From contig JACPJV010000006.1 in the NCBI GenBank assembly GCA_016187395.1, positions 62,345-126,344 on the forward strand: a stretch of DNA of 64,000 nucleotides, written 5' to 3'. Below the pieces are notes generated by a model. It had not been told where the DNA came from. It made no database searches and worked only from the letters and a program-made list of their open reading frames with translations. Shown piece by piece: positions 22,101-31,501 of the stretch (position 1 is its first letter; the number at the start of each line of letters is the position of its first letter). The DNA comes from Candidatus Aenigmatarchaeota archaeon. GTDB lineage: Archaea; Aenigmatarchaeota; Aenigmatarchaeia; GW2011-AR5; JACRAC01. Position numbers and translations under genes: made by a program.

Positions 22101-25100
22101 ACCGTTTCTTCACTTGTTCTGATATCGCGAAAAGCGCTAAGCCTTGTTATTTCTATTTTGCCTAAAGTTTCTTCGCCTAATATTGTCTTCGGAATTCCAT
22201 ACGGCATTGGGTCTACGCTAAAACTTGCCGCAGGCTCGCTCTGTCCGTCCGGAATGATATCTACCATGATCATCGTTGGATTTGATGTCTCGCCTGTTTC
22301 GATTACAGCAGTATTCTCTTCATCAGACATGTATATCGTTTCCGAATACCACTGATACCCCCCGGGATCGTTATAGTATACAACTGCGCTTGCTCCGCCT
22401 GGCTGGCCCCAGTAGAGATTTCTTATGATTATCCTGTCGCTGCCTTCCTCTGTGAATTCAACGCTTCCTAAAACTGAATTATACTTCCTATGAGCTTTTC
22501 CTGTATCCATTCCCAGCCTTGTTGTGGCTAATCTCTCATTTCCGCGCAGCGCGGTTATTTCTATGAGAAGCCTCTCAGGATCGCCGAGCGGAAGCTCCTC
22601 CAGAATTAACTGACCCTGTATCCATCTTTCATTCACGATCTGCGTATAATCCCGATGAATCCCTTTCGGTGTGCTCGTGCTCCATGAAAGATAGTGAACC
22701 TCGTAGCTGTCTGCCTGAGGGTGCGCTCCCCATTTGAAATCCAAATCATACCATTTTCCTGTTAGATCTCTGATAGTAATTCCTTTTTCATAGGTAATCT
22801 TGGTGATTTCAACATTTGGCCACTGCAATCCAGGAGGTGCTGGTTTGGCTGGCGGTACAGGTGGTGACGCAAGGCATGACTTCCACGCATCCCAGTAAGA
22901 CATTATGCCAGGAACGTATTCGCGGGTTTCTGCAGGAGCATCAGCACCTGTCCAGTCACATCCTCCGGAATTGTATCCTGCCAGGGAATTCCGAACGCTG
23001 CCTTCGCAGGCTTCCTTGCCGCTGACAGCTCCGCTAATCAGGGCATCAAAATATCTTACGCCGCATTTTATGTTATCTGCCGGTTCTCCCGGAAAAACGC
23101 CAATATCCTTGCAATACGTATCCCATGTAAGAGATATGGCCGGGTCATTGACTATCTGCATCAGGCCGTGTGCGTTTTTCGGGCTAATTGCATACGGGTT
23201 CCAGCTGCTTTCCCAGCTTATGATGGCTGCTATCAATGCTTTCTGTTCTGTCTCGTTTGTCACAACTTCTTTTAGATTATTCGCATTTTTCAATGCCTCT
23301 TCAATTGCTGTCTCGTAATTATTATAATCACCCCTCTGTTTTGTGCATACCTGCGAAGCAGGAACCCTACTGACTGGCGTGCCGCTGACCTGCGTAAGCT
23401 CCAATTCTGCTGCCCTGCACGTGCGTGTATCCGCTCCTTTGCCTGTAAGGAACGTGTCCATTTCGCCTGCAATCTGCTTTACTTTCTGGTTGTCCAGCGC
23501 TTCAGCAGCTGCGTTGCACTGGTCTACTTTGCCTGACAATGCTCTCCAGTCAGCCCTGTCCTTAAGCCGGTTTATGCATGAATTGAACTGGGTGCATTTT
23601 ATCTTCAGCTCGCTTATTGCGACGCTTTTGAGGTCCCTGGTGCAGTAATACGGATCTGTCAAGGGCTTTGTTGTGCTTACATGGTTTAGGTCGTCGCAGG
23701 AGATGCGGCATTCTCCTTTCACTTCATTTTCTTCTACCTTAAGGCATAACCGCGTATTGTGATCTCTCTGAAAGTCAGGGCTCAGGCATACTTCACACGT
23801 AAGCGTTCCTTCCTGCTCCAGATCTGCAAAAACCTTGTTTTTCTCTATTCCAGTCTGCGTTTCTACCTTAATCCTTTCTCTAACAACAGCAGTGTCTGAT
23901 ATTATCTTTGCGATCTCGCAGCGCTCCCTGTCTCCTCCTGTCACGACTTTCTCTGCCTTGCCTTTGCCTTCTACTGTCTGTCCTTCTCTAGGTGATTGAT
24001 CCAAAGGCACGCATTCCCTGACAACCCTTCCGTCGCTTTTCCAGACCACGTGCGTGCCCCTTGCTTCGACGCATTTCAGGCAATCGCTGCCGAGCTTTGC
24101 AAATTCAGCAGCACTCCACTGCTTTGACAACTCAGACTGGCTTAATCCGCATGAGTTGGCAGAAGAATATTGCTCTGTCGTGATCTCGACCTCGCCGGCA
24201 CTGCATGAATCTGATGACAAGACGCATCTTCCCAGGCCTGTTTTTGGAATGTTTCCACCGCCTGGCAGAGGAACGTAGACGCCGCTGACTCCGGATATCT
24301 GGCCGTTCAATTCCTTGATCGGCGTTGCGCACCACTTGCCCGGAACGATCGGGAATGTAGATGAACACTGCTCTCTGGACGTGACTGATGATTTTCCTTG
24401 CGGGCATATCGGATCTGTCCTTACTGTCTGACCATTTTCAATATACTCACATTTTTTATTGAGAATTGATCCGTCATCGTCTCTGTCGCATATCGGAGTT
24501 GTTACTCTCCTGTCTGTATTATCCACACACGCTATTCCGAACTTATCGACGCTGCTTAGGCACGATGCCAAGGCTCTTGCATTATCCGGGCTTCTTGTCA
24601 GGCATTCGTCGCATGTCTGGGATTGCGACGCTATGGCGCGCTGCGCTGCAGTCCTTCTTTGCGCAGCTTCGTCCTGGATCTGCTCGACCATGCCTGCCAT
24701 TGTGTCCATGAATGACCAGAAGCCTGCGTTTGCCCAGTAAATGTCAAACTTAGACGGCTTCTGGCACGATTCTGCCGCAAGGCTGTAATCTGCAAGGTCG
24801 TAAAGCTGAGTGCTGTGAGCCATTGGCAGGGAGTCGAAGGTCCACCACGTGAATATAATGAACCTGATCTTGCAGAACTGGAAATTGATTCCAAAGAATT
24901 CCTTGATAGGAGTGTTGGCTGTGCAATATTGGGTAGGCACGAGGTCTTTCTGCTCTTGCTGGATCTCTCCTACCGCTACTTTTTTATCCAATTCAAGGTT
25001 ATGGTTTCGCTGCGCGTCTTCTATGGCCTGTATGTAGAGGAAACCGAAAACGCCCTGGAACAGCCTTTGCATGGCTCCGCCGCCACCGAATGCTTCTGTG

Positions 25101-26995
25101 AGCCATCCGTGCACAGAAGATGCGAGAATCGTGGCAAATAATTCATTCTGGTTTATAGATGCAGGGACGTACATATCAACAGTAGGTGGTGCCGGCACAA
25201 CTCCCAGCTTGTCCCTGGACCAGTTGTTCACGCTGTCCAGCGCTTTTGAAAAGCCTTCCAGCATCGTGCCTGATGCAGGCAGCAGCGCCCACGTAGGCTT
25301 GTTGCTGCAGTCATTTCCGATGCAGGGCTCGCACGTGCCGTCTATCTGGTATATGCATAAAGGCTTTGTGCCGCCGCTGCTTTTGAATGTGCGCCTGCTG
25401 ATCGCGCCCTTGACTTCAATTTCCTCGCCTGCGAATGTTGCTGTTGGGGTTACGTTGAAATCTGCTATGAGCATCGTATCAGGAAACGGGTCTATTTCCC
25501 TTAGAACAGGCGAGCCTGTGTAATTGAATTCCAGCCGCAGGACGCGCGCATTCACAGGCACAGACGAGAAATCAAAATATTGCACAAACTCCTTTTGCCC
25601 TGTGCCAAGCTTCTTGTTTACTTCGAATGTCTTGAGTCCTGCGGTAATCTTTGTCAGCGTGATATTATCATTCCTATCCCATGTTTCTAATGAAAGGCCG
25701 AAATGCGGATAATCCTGATCAAATTCTATTGTGCAAAATGCCTGCTTTGCTTTGGCAGACGTTGCGTTAGGCTGCTGATCTGCTTCCTGACCAGATGCCT
25801 CTCTTCCTGGCGGAGCTGTTCCTGGCTGGCCTGTGCCAGGGTTTGGTATAAGGGAGGGTGTTGCAAACTGCGGTAGTGGTGCAGATTCATCGGACGGTGC
25901 AAACTGGAAATAGGAATCCCTGTCCAGGTCAACCAAATGCCACGGGTTCTGGAATGAAATTCCCTGCTGCCTGGAGCGCGGCTCTGCAGGCGGCGCACAC
26001 TGTATGCTCCTGATGCTGATGGGTTTCGGCCCTTCTGTTGGCGGGGAGAATTGCGGCGGCTCGGGCAACAAAGGCTGCTCGCATCTCAGCGTGTCAGGCA
26101 TTGTATAGAATCTGGATAATGTATCATAGGACTGCAGGGATGGCTGGGGTATATATCCCGGCGTGCCCGGATAAAGAGGAGGGTAACTGCTTCCCAACGT
26201 CTGCTGCAAAACCCCGAATATGCGAAGCTGGCTCGGGTAGGGAACAATCCTGTACTCTATCGGAAGCGTGAAATCATTTTGTTCAATTACACTTTTTGGT
26301 ATGAATACGTTTGCTGAAAAAGGGCCTTCGCCGAACGCGGTTGTGCCGCTCACAGAGCCTGGCTGGCCAAATCCCGCGCTGCCAAGCCCGAAGCCGCTGA
26401 GACCTGACTGGGCCGCGCCCAGCTGTCCTGATCCCCTTACATTAACCTGCAATGCCTGCCCTCCGAACCACAGGCCGCGCACTGTTGCAATGTAATAATT
26501 CTGCCCTCCGACCGGCCTGCATTCTTTTTCCACAGGAAGGATGAAGAATAGTCCGAGATCGCGTATGTCATTCCATATGTCGTCTTCAAATTTGTAGCAA
26601 GCGCAAACCAGGGAGGATGTTCCGCACGCCACCTCTGGAAACGGCTCGGCATCTGTGACATACCCTCCGCTGCTGACCTGGTTCGCAGGCGTGCACGTCC
26701 CTCCTCCCTGCGGATAAACGTTTTTCTTGCAGAAGGAGTTGCACGCCAGGTCGCGGCTTATCTCGCAGTAACAGAAAGGCTTTTCCCTTGCGCACAGGGT
26801 AGCATCAGGGTGAAGCTGCTTTGCACCCACGTAATCCCTGGCATCGCTGCAGGAGCCGCCAACACCATAGAGCTGCTGGCAGCCTGTGCCGCACTTTTCG
26901 TCTCCAGGCGGCTGGGCGGCTGGCTGGGCGTATATTGGGGTGCCTAGAAGGAAAAATGCTAATATGACTAACAGCAGCGCTTTTGCAAAACGCAT
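16121..26995 (-). CDS. Giant (~3,620 aa) cell-surface protein: Cys-rich regions, SLT lytic transglycosylase domain, beta-propeller, NEW3/Ig-like repeats, F5/8 type C domain, C-terminal TM anchor
   Basis: Signal peptide MRFAKALLLVILAFFLL; ESSWNPYAIS..GLMQI..NIKCGVRYF..AGYNSG..ETREYV; AIDSDPSTFWES..WIKVDL..ARWVRI..ELRVYG; terminal TM. Confidence 0.85.
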   Translation of the reverse strand: MRFAKALLLVILAFFLLGTPIYAQPAAQPPGDEKCGTGCQQLYGVGGSCSDARDYVGAKQLHPDATLCAREKPFCYCEISRDLACNSFCKKNVYPQGGGTCTPANQVSSGGYVTDAEPFPEVACGTSSLVCACYKFEDDIWNDIRDLGLFFILPVEKECRPVGGQNYYIATVRGLWFGGQALQVNVRGSGQLGAAQSGLSGFGLGSAGFGQPGSVSGTTAFGEGPFSANVFIPKSVIEQNDFTLPIEYRIVPYPSQLRIFGVLQQTLGSSYPPLYPGTPGYIPQPSLQSYDTLSRFYTMPDTLRCEQPLLPEPPQFSPPTEGPKPISIRSIQCAPPAEPRSRQQGISFQNPWHLVDLDRDSYFQFAPSDESAPLPQFATPSLIPNPGTGQPGTAPPGREASGQEADQQPNATSAKAKQAFCTIEFDQDYPHFGLSLETWDRNDNITLTKITAGLKTFEVNKKLGTGQKEFVQYFDFSSVPVNARVLRLEFNYTGSPVLREIDPFPDTMLIADFNVTPTATFAGEEIEVKGAISRRTFKSSGGTKPLCIYQIDGTCEPCIGNDCSNKPTWALLPASGTMLEGFSKALDSVNNWSRDKLGVVPAPPTVDMYVPASINQNELFATILASSVHGWLTEAFGGGGAMQRLFQGVFGFLYIQAIEDAQRNHNLELDKKVAVGEIQQEQKDLVPTQYCTANTPIKEFFGINFQFCKIRFIIFTWWTFDSLPMAHSTQLYDLADYSLAAESCQKPSKFDIYWANAGFWSFMDTMAGMVEQIQDEAAQRRTAAQRAIASQSQTCDECLTRSPDNARALASCLSSVDKFGIACVDNTDRRVTTPICDRDDDGSILNKKCEYIENGQTVRTDPICPQGKSSVTSREQCSSTFPIVPGKWCATPIKELNGQISGVSGVYVPLPGGGNIPKTGLGRCVLSSDSCSAGEVEITTEQYSSANSCGLSQSELSKQWSAAEFAKLGSDCLKCVEARGTHVVWKSDGRVVRECVPLDQSPREGQTVEGKGKAEKVVTGGDRERCEIAKIISDTAVVRERIKVETQTGIEKNKVFADLEQEGTLTCEVCLSPDFQRDHNTRLCLKVEENEVKGECRISCDDLNHVSTTKPLTDPYYCTRDLKSVAISELKIKCTQFNSCINRLKDRADWRALSGKVDQCNAAAEALDNQKVKQIAGEMDTFLTGKGADTRTCRAAELELTQVSGTPVSRVPASQVCTKQRGDYNNYETAIEEALKNANNLKEVVTNETEQKALIAAIISWESSWNPYAISPKNAHGLMQIVNDPAISLTWDTYCKDIGVFPGEPADNIKCGVRYFDALISGAVSGKEACEGSVRNSLAGYNSGGCDWTGADAPAETREYVPGIMSYWDAWKSCLASPPVPPAKPAPPGLQWPNVEITKITYEKGITIRDLTGKWYDLDFKWGAHPQADSYEVHYLSWSTSTPKGIHRDYTQIVNERWIQGQLILEELPLGDPERLLIEITALRGNERLATTRLGMDTGKAHRKYNSVLGSVEFTEEGSDRIIIRNLYWGQPGGASAVVYYNDPGGYQWYSETIYMSDEENTAVIETGETSNPTMIMVDIIPDGQSEPAASFSVDPMPYGIPKTILGEETLGKIEITRLSAFRDIRTSEETVSIRAEWLPVTGVDSYSYQAIMVQDETVVEACFQELFGDETSNTCSGTSPPGFVPETAEAALFAYDSSGELIAIGTAAAVFYAISAAPSEVSFSDEPLAYDPSVDTPATFDPLLQNKAELQFGTRYPAGSPLPPQPVYGTRDTRARPYEMLARSYQTQFFFQMRELLTRGESIYRRSSVRQPGLGAGFEGKCEQLDTVGSLGVHDRTRQVLVGKLDHVLPLPSEYHTIEGAIVPETADVDIIVIDQNGTVVENSTIQANFTGAEGVFTHRFVVPMPGNYLVLAKPASEVSSPGLEVISAQDRPPPAITSQSAVCSPEGVPAEFALTITEPAIQSSSTEYLLEVLSPQAGAGFVAISGEGASIEPAASVVVNPDSTVAVPMQSSSPGPISVRITNNKGFSTVKQTNHQSLNNADVDIRAKISSASQSSLREWGYPLVVNSSVPQGCAPYLFALQGEAPGSGWTSDFETPAGEPVGAVDLSKGQQELIMNVFPTGGSIGTYTGYAMISESLPEPVSSEIAADALFIATDQNNFIYYTTTEGRLRSVSTGGATGIDYSIGSLPGGIALDSGNIYFAAAGAISKTAKNAFTPSDMARGIGNATHVAVDNQNAYWLDGGKIKRVVLNANAQNCAGANCLFASASAKGLALDSRFVYYTEDDSVKRIPKDGGSEEILYKNKAGINDVFVAGDDIYAAVNGGTGKGKIVKIAGDGTPADPLSGGSNGDVPIAIGRPHISSIAVYSNRIYWSESGAIYSSSLSQISDYEALVYAYQPGAPLITIVPGRMLAPAGEAAEYDVRIDNLADTALTLDISLSEIPAGWSISADTSEVSLQRKGASGDSQSFKVEVASPPGAQISDSINWCVTAKTTGISGQACSSYVISQSLRPSVSWQLAEGYSLPARPRVPVAFDITVKNENPPEFAAQSPVNVEFDVPDGWEAEFVFGNDFLQEINAEFGPQESLQMELFITPSRTAVDGDHKVFVVAELGGGVRGVAEITIPVKGCGNYVCEPERGETSQSCAADCSFNAGIFKCPVFGSGAGFDYYTCMQPKDNTTEMSVDIALEQTLFGQEVRACRRGATPEQCLASQCGITRTGISGTLKDCAAELDPTGRGVFGDNYNNEVACPTDVEDDIYFYIRGEDVTGTNIQSYRSVNYSFACPFYNLERLASAASRWSSIVQNCPSVVARRISEGERVCADILKEACAWREDHLQLLDAALLNPSKSSIESLLEDTESLEERIQARIATSCIGIPGLEILGIVPPGTFVGETAKISMSVANSFGEDYRGFASCEVARSDGTMVEPKSSCTLFRSGETPVEIPIFLDSAGTWTINSCTVHGDLASAISEQECEQAPEFSSKNVGMSFTVTAPETSIVSPREGAVLSGTASVEAVIRGTFDEIDFSVSANSRQCAGAPLFSMQAEGSGDKKTYTAAWNTASFADKSYWLCVIAKAGTTSTFLGSVFVAVNNYDFLLQPSSEQKTVSAPVDHEITITNTGFSDSYSISCTSNASATLQAGSSTKQCGAGQIQASIQTGNSLVAKISLPKRTSLTTLTVINNQSEQKQSILIITEGQGNLAPAIANARAEPSSVQQGGSVKFYAELRDAESDNITRAEACLDSICSEKLCTMSRDGAGYSCTAAVGKNPGSYTWYVSARDSAGSSSTSAVQQLVVTPPGGGCAYTCLPSCTDNVQLCLDREQREGTCTAGTVCCRENTMPACTPSQEGCGITIEKSTCVFDPVKQKYVASVQAVRTGGNYTVISVSGVQSQRLYAESMSYQADFSDSDPKSISIGVYGSTYSEPLICSETGTIICGGAQDFYEPAGLSLSIANAFAKSSAAGFGPTLAIDSDPSTFWESPLPAWIKVDLSQEMSVNGIGIYSQIDRPRSFSIEVSKDDSTYLEVADVDNAQYERDWNVTYFGPATARWVRINIDEAERADRSIVKIFELRVYGTRIGLAGDQGAGGAAQGEFPWALAAVIAIVIIVVIVILINREKIRLWIEYKRS

Positions 26996-27105
26996 AGTAT
27001 TATTAGAAACCGGGTATAAAAATAGGTTTTCAGACAATCTTCTTTTCAGACCACCGTGGGCTCAAAGATAGAATTTTTCAGTCTGGATTACTGATTTGGT
27101 TCACA

Positions 27106-28041
27106 TTATCTGGCGTCATGGAGTCTTGCTTGCGATGTTGAATCATCAGAATAGCTGTCCCATATTTCACGGTATGGGTTGTATAGAATGCTGAACTTGT
27201 GCGGAAGCTCTCCGCCACATGGATTTGAGGTTCTTTCACTGTATGGGATTTGCGGCATGACAAACCAGCATTCATTGCTTAAAGCTTCTATTTCTTCAAG
27301 TTTCAGATAGTCTTCGGCAGAAAATACCCCTCTGCCGGGGTCGAAGACCTTGTCCTTGTATCTCACAATTCCATGATTATAAGCAGGGACATCTGGTTCG
27401 CCCACCGCTACTCTAACTCTCACACCACAAAAAAGCGGGACTGGGAAATATTTCCTAAAATTTTCCCGCCTTTTTTCCATAGGATCGCTCATGGAAGAAT
27501 ATTCTACTTCCATGGCGCTTGGAAACGGATAGACATACGCAAAAGTTCCCTCGGGGTAAAATTTAAGTCCATCATACCCAAGCATATCCAGGCATACCTG
27601 GCCGCAGATCCCTCTATTTCCCTGGGAGCGATGTTGAATATGAAAATTCCTGGCTGCTGCCATCTCTAGCTGGAGTTCAGCATGCTCCACAGCTTCCTTT
27701 ACCTCTTTTGAGGTAAGTGCTTCGTAAAGATTCCCTTCGGATAATGCTTCTGGAAAAAGTCTTTCTCTATGAATGAGTGCACTGGAGAATTCATCTATCA
27801 CTATATCAGCACATTCAAAATGCTGCCTGGCTTCGGCAACTTCAGGCACGCTATCCGCGGTTTCCATTGCAGGGAGCGCAGGCGGCGGTGTTCTATTCCT
27901 GCGCCAGCCGCTATAAATCTCGCTGGCAAATCCTGCCGTCCATAGCGCTGCTACTACTGCCGCTGCGCCCAGAAGAATCCTTCTTCCACGGAACCTTTCA
28001 GGCTCTATTCTTTCAACGTGCATAAAATTATGAAGCCGCAA
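27106..28041 (-). CDS. Membrane-anchored hypothetical protein (possible Cys-His-Asp peptidase-like C-terminus)
   Basis: N-terminal TM; CGQVCLDML...NHGIV...VFDPG pattern. Confidence 0.45.
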   Translation of the reverse strand: MRLHNFMHVERIEPERFRGRRILLGAAAVVAALWTAGFASEIYSGWRRNRTPPPALPAMETADSVPEVAEARQHFECADIVIDEFSSALIHRERLFPEALSEGNLYEALTSKEVKEAVEHAELQLEMAAARNFHIQHRSQGNRGICGQVCLDMLGYDGLKFYPEGTFAYVYPFPSAMEVEYSSMSDPMEKRRENFRKYFPVPLFCGVRVRVAVGEPDVPAYNHGIVRYKDKVFDPGRGVFSAEDYLKLEEIEALSNECWFVMPQIPYSERTSNPCGGELPHKFSILYNPYREIWDSYSDDSTSQARLHDAR

Positions 28042-28057
28042 AGGATAAAAAGATCAA

Positions 28058-28216
28058 TCACCCCCAGATGTTGGTCAGCCAGTCAAAATTGGCGCCTGAG
28101 AATCCTCCCGGATTTATTATGCCTGAACTGTAGAGAAAGTAAACCATCAGTATGACAAGCACGAATATTAACACTGCAAGAAGCCAGTCAAATTCAAGAA
28201 TGCTTCCCTTTGCCAT
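28058..28216 (-). CDS. Small class III signal peptide (pilin-like) protein, 52 aa
   Basis: Manual translation MAKG|SILEFDWLLAVLIFVLVILMVYFLY. Confidence 0.65.
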   Translation of the reverse strand: MAKGSILEFDWLLAVLIFVLVILMVYFLYSSGIINPGGFSGANFDWLTNIWG

Positions 28217-28224
28217 TTTAGCAC

Positions 28225-28344
28225 CTATACAATCAAGCCAGGAACGCTTTGCTTTGCGCTTATGACAAGCGATATCCCTATGACTATAAATATCGCTATT
28301 ATGAAAAGCAGCAAGATTATCAGAAATCCCGTGGCGCCTTTCAT
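28225..28344 (-). CDS. Small class III signal peptide (pilin-like) protein, 39 aa
   Basis: Manual translation MKG|ATGFLIILLLFIIAIFIVIGISLVISAKQSVPGLIV. Confidence 0.55.
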   Translation of the reverse strand: MKGATGFLIILLLFIIAIFIVIGISLVISAKQSVPGLIV

Positions 28345-28438
28345 GATATTACTTAGATGCGTTTGTTATAAATGATTTTAGTGAGGCTCAAGGCATTGTT
28401 CCTTGCGTGCTGTAAAGGAATGACGAATCATCGTGCGG

Positions 28439-28834
28439 TCACAACATCTCTTTTATTTCCTCCCTGCTCAGGAGGTTGCGGTGCTTCTGGTCGTCCCAGA
28501 ACTTGCGGACCGCAAAATAGAAGTATTCGTAGAGTGCAGGAATGTCCTTTGCGAGAATTACCACGCCCCTGTCCATGATTTCCGCGCGGATGTAGAGCGG
28601 CAGGTTTTCAAAAATACGCACATCGTACTTTCCGCCAAGCCTCTGCCACACCCTGCTCAGGAGCGCATTCCTGTCTTTGCACTCCGGCGCAACTATCGTG
28701 ACATCTATGTCGCTTCTGGGAGTCGCCTCTCCTGTTGCGTGCGAGCCGAAAAGCATCACTGCCATGATTTCCCTATCCTTTTCCAGAAACGCGAAATCCT
28801 TCTTCAGGATACTCACAATCTTTTTTTCAGCCAT
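28439..28834 (-). CDS. Minimal nucleotidyltransferase (MntA-like antitoxin)
   Basis: LFGSHATG...SDIDV motif. Confidence 0.9.
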   Translation of the reverse strand: MAEKKIVSILKKDFAFLEKDREIMAVMLFGSHATGEATPRSDIDVTIVAPECKDRNALLSRVWQRLGGKYDVRIFENLPLYIRAEIMDRGVVILAKDIPALYEYFYFAVRKFWDDQKHRNLLSREEIKEML

Positions 28835-29244
28835 GACTTCACCTCTTTTTCGAACGATTTGAACTCCGGTGAGATTTTTTTGATGGAGCTGAAAGCAGTT
28901 TCCTCGTCAACTGTATTGTACCTGTGAATGAGCACATTCCTCAGGCCATTGGAATCCCTCAGTATGGCCGCTGTTTTTCCTCCTGCAATATTCTTCTCCT
29001 TAAGAAATGTTATGTTGCTGTAGTCGTCCTTTGGAAACGCGCCTTCATCTTTTACAATCATGGCGCAGATGTCTATAGCAGCTTCTGAAAGCTCCTGGAA
29101 TGCCTTGAATATTGCCAGCCGCGTCTTCTCGTTAGCCTCGTCCTTTAGCCATTCTGAAATCTCTGAATACCTCTTTTCCATAAGCTCCAGTTTCTCTTTG
29201 TACCTCGTTGCCCTTGCAGCATCCATGCTATCAATAGTAGCCAT
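28813..29244 (-). CDS. HEPN/DUF86 RNase toxin (HepT-like)
   Basis: GLRNVLIHRY RxxxxH motif; overlaps the MNT gene. Confidence 0.9.
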   Translation of the reverse strand: MATIDSMDAARATRYKEKLELMEKRYSEISEWLKDEANEKTRLAIFKAFQELSEAAIDICAMIVKDEGAFPKDDYSNITFLKEKNIAGGKTAAILRDSNGLRNVLIHRYNTVDEETAFSSIKKISPEFKSFEKEVKSWLKKRL

Positions 29245-29297
29245 GCTTTTTAATATACTAAGGTGGCACTCTATAACAATTCTTTTCAGGCTCTAAT

Positions 29298-29390
29298 TAC
29301 AGGAGGAACTTCGTTCCTCCTTGTATGGGAAAGCACAAATATCATGTTCCGTTTTATTTGTGGTTTCACTATATAGTGCTGCAAGGAATA
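29298..29390. repeat. Palindromic repeat plus half of the dispersed inverted-repeat element
   Basis: TACAGGAGGAACTTCGTTCCTCCTTGTA and TATAGTGCTGCAAGGAATA shared with 9476-9546. Confidence 0.6.
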
Positions 29391-29409
29391 ATCATTTTCT
29401 TGTTTCACT

Positions 29410-31428
29410 CTAGACGTTGAACTGGGTGAGGGGACCGAAGATCAGCAGCGATATCACGGATATGGCTGCGTAGACTATGGGCGATACAAAGAACATGCCT
29501 GAGAGGATTTCAGAACGCCTTATCGGATCTTCGCCTACCTCTACTCCTGAGAGAAGATATCCGTACAAGAACAAGGACTGCGCCACGAAAATAGATACTA
29601 CGACAATAAACTGGAACGGCGTAATGACCAGCTCGCCGAATGCAAAAGAGCCTCCTACAGGCAGCGATGCAAAGCCTGATATCGCGCTTTGCTGGAGCTG
29701 CAGCTGGCCAAGTATTCTTATTATGACGATGGCCATGGTTGCTATAACGCCTGATATAAGAGGCGTGAGGACATATGCCTGAAACTTTATAGAGTTTGTA
29801 ACGCCATGCATTGACCTTTGCACGTATTCCTGCGTATTATGAAGGTCTTTCAAATAGCGCGATATGGACAGCATTGCCGTTCCTGCGTTTGCAGGGCCTT
29901 TTTTGGCTGCCTCTGTTATAGCCTTCATCACAGATTCGATAAGCGTGGATGGGTAGAATCTTATCGCGCCCTGCTCTTTGTCGAAGAATGCCTGCTCAAA
30001 CGTCATCGAGAATTTCTGCATGTTCTGTGCTGCGCGAAGGAACAATTCCCTTATCTTGAGCCCCTCCATCCTTTGTATAGACTCTATCATGGCTTTTTCT
30101 ATAGGCACTCCCGACCTGATTCGCGTGCCCAGCTGGAACAAAGCCTCCTTGAACTCATCTTCTATGGATCTTATGTCTTCCCGCAGCTTCGAACGGCCGC
30201 GGCTTATCAGGAGAAAATAGGTTCCCGGCGCAAGCGTTATTGCCAGCGTGAACAAGAGCGCTGAAAGAACAGAGAAACTGAGGACTGATGTCCCGCCAGC
30301 TTCGACAAAGCCGGCGGTTTCGCTTTCCTGGCATACAATTTTTCCAGCCTGCTCTGTGCACGCAAGGCCTGCACTATAAAGAAATAACGCAAGTGCTGCA
30401 AGAATTATCCCGACCAGAAAAGCCACGGCTGCTGCAGATACAAGCCTTTTGCCCATGTAGAATTTTCCGGGAGGCGGCAGCCTGGGGTGCCTGCTGACAT
30501 CTATCTTGCTGAATGTCACGGGCCTTTTTTCCAGGATGCTTGCCATGAGGAAGAAAAGCATTATCGGCAGGAGTATGTCGTACATCACAAGAAGGGGGAC
30601 AGGCCCTACGGAAAGGAATATTGATATCACAGGAAAAAGAACGAGCCCCATCACAGGCAATATGAGGCCCATTGCGTTCACAGCCATCAGCGGCATGCGC
30701 AGGTTTGATATGTAATTCTGGGATGTCTCCTTGTTTCCGCTAAGGACTATCCTGACAGCCTCGTCCAGCAATGAGTGGAATCTTGCCCCGCTCTGCCTGG
30801 TTGAATTTATGATAAGGCCCACGGCCTCCCCGAACTCCCTGTTCCCTTTCCATTTTTCAGAGTAATCCAGCAGCGCATCCTCAACGCTGAGATAATTTCC
30901 AACACGCACATCCCACAGGAGTTTTGCAAGCTCTACCTGCATTCCGGCTGTTGTGTTTCTCGCTGCAAATTCTACAGCACCTTCCAGGCTTGGCGTGTTT
31001 CGCATGTAGATTACCATGTACAGGATTGCGGAAATCATGTCTGCTCCCACTGTCATTTCGTACCTCTTCTTGAGCCTCCTGGGCGCTGTATAGAAATAAT
31101 AAGCAGCTGCAATGCCTGCCAGCGATATGGACGTTACAAAAAGGATGTCCAGCGCCATTCCAGCAAAGGCTGCAATTATGTAGATTATCACGGGCACAAA
31201 GGAAAGGATTGCAGTAAGTGCTGTGAGAGACGCAACGTCCCTGGGCTTTATGTTAAGATGGGCGAATTCTATCGCTCCCTCCAACCGCTTGTTTTTTGTA
31301 TCTATTTTGAGAAAACTTCCCGCCCTTCTTGCAAGCCTTTCATAAAACGTGTCTTCCCTTATCTTAACAGGGCTGCGAAACTCCCTGTAAGACTCTGAAA
31401 TTATATCCTGCTCCGGCACCGGAATCAA
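29410..31428 (-). CDS. Type II secretion/T4P membrane platform protein (TadC/ArlJ-like, two F domains)
   Basis: Multi-TM with two cytoplasmic F-domain regions; directly downstream of the secretion ATPase. Confidence 0.8.
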   Translation of the reverse strand: MIPVPEQDIISESYREFRSPVKIREDTFYERLARRAGSFLKIDTKNKRLEGAIEFAHLNIKPRDVASLTALTAILSFVPVIIYIIAAFAGMALDILFVTSISLAGIAAAYYFYTAPRRLKKRYEMTVGADMISAILYMVIYMRNTPSLEGAVEFAARNTTAGMQVELAKLLWDVRVGNYLSVEDALLDYSEKWKGNREFGEAVGLIINSTRQSGARFHSLLDEAVRIVLSGNKETSQNYISNLRMPLMAVNAMGLILPVMGLVLFPVISIFLSVGPVPLLVMYDILLPIMLFFLMASILEKRPVTFSKIDVSRHPRLPPPGKFYMGKRLVSAAAVAFLVGIILAALALFLYSAGLACTEQAGKIVCQESETAGFVEAGGTSVLSFSVLSALLFTLAITLAPGTYFLLISRGRSKLREDIRSIEDEFKEALFQLGTRIRSGVPIEKAMIESIQRMEGLKIRELFLRAAQNMQKFSMTFEQAFFDKEQGAIRFYPSTLIESVMKAITEAAKKGPANAGTAMLSISRYLKDLHNTQEYVQRSMHGVTNSIKFQAYVLTPLISGVIATMAIVIIRILGQLQLQQSAISGFASLPVGGSFAFGELVITPFQFIVVVSIFVAQSLFLYGYLLSGVEVGEDPIRRSEILSGMFFVSPIVYAAISVISLLIFGPLTQFNV

Positions 31429-31501
31429 CCTTAATAATAATTGATTTTGGGGGTATATAGATTGTCTGGCAGAAATATACTATTCGAATTTCCATCCTCT
31501 C

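Noticed and set aside
16198..27071. Numerous plus-strand ORFs of 60-150 aa
   Set aside because: Antisense shadows of the giant minus-strand gene
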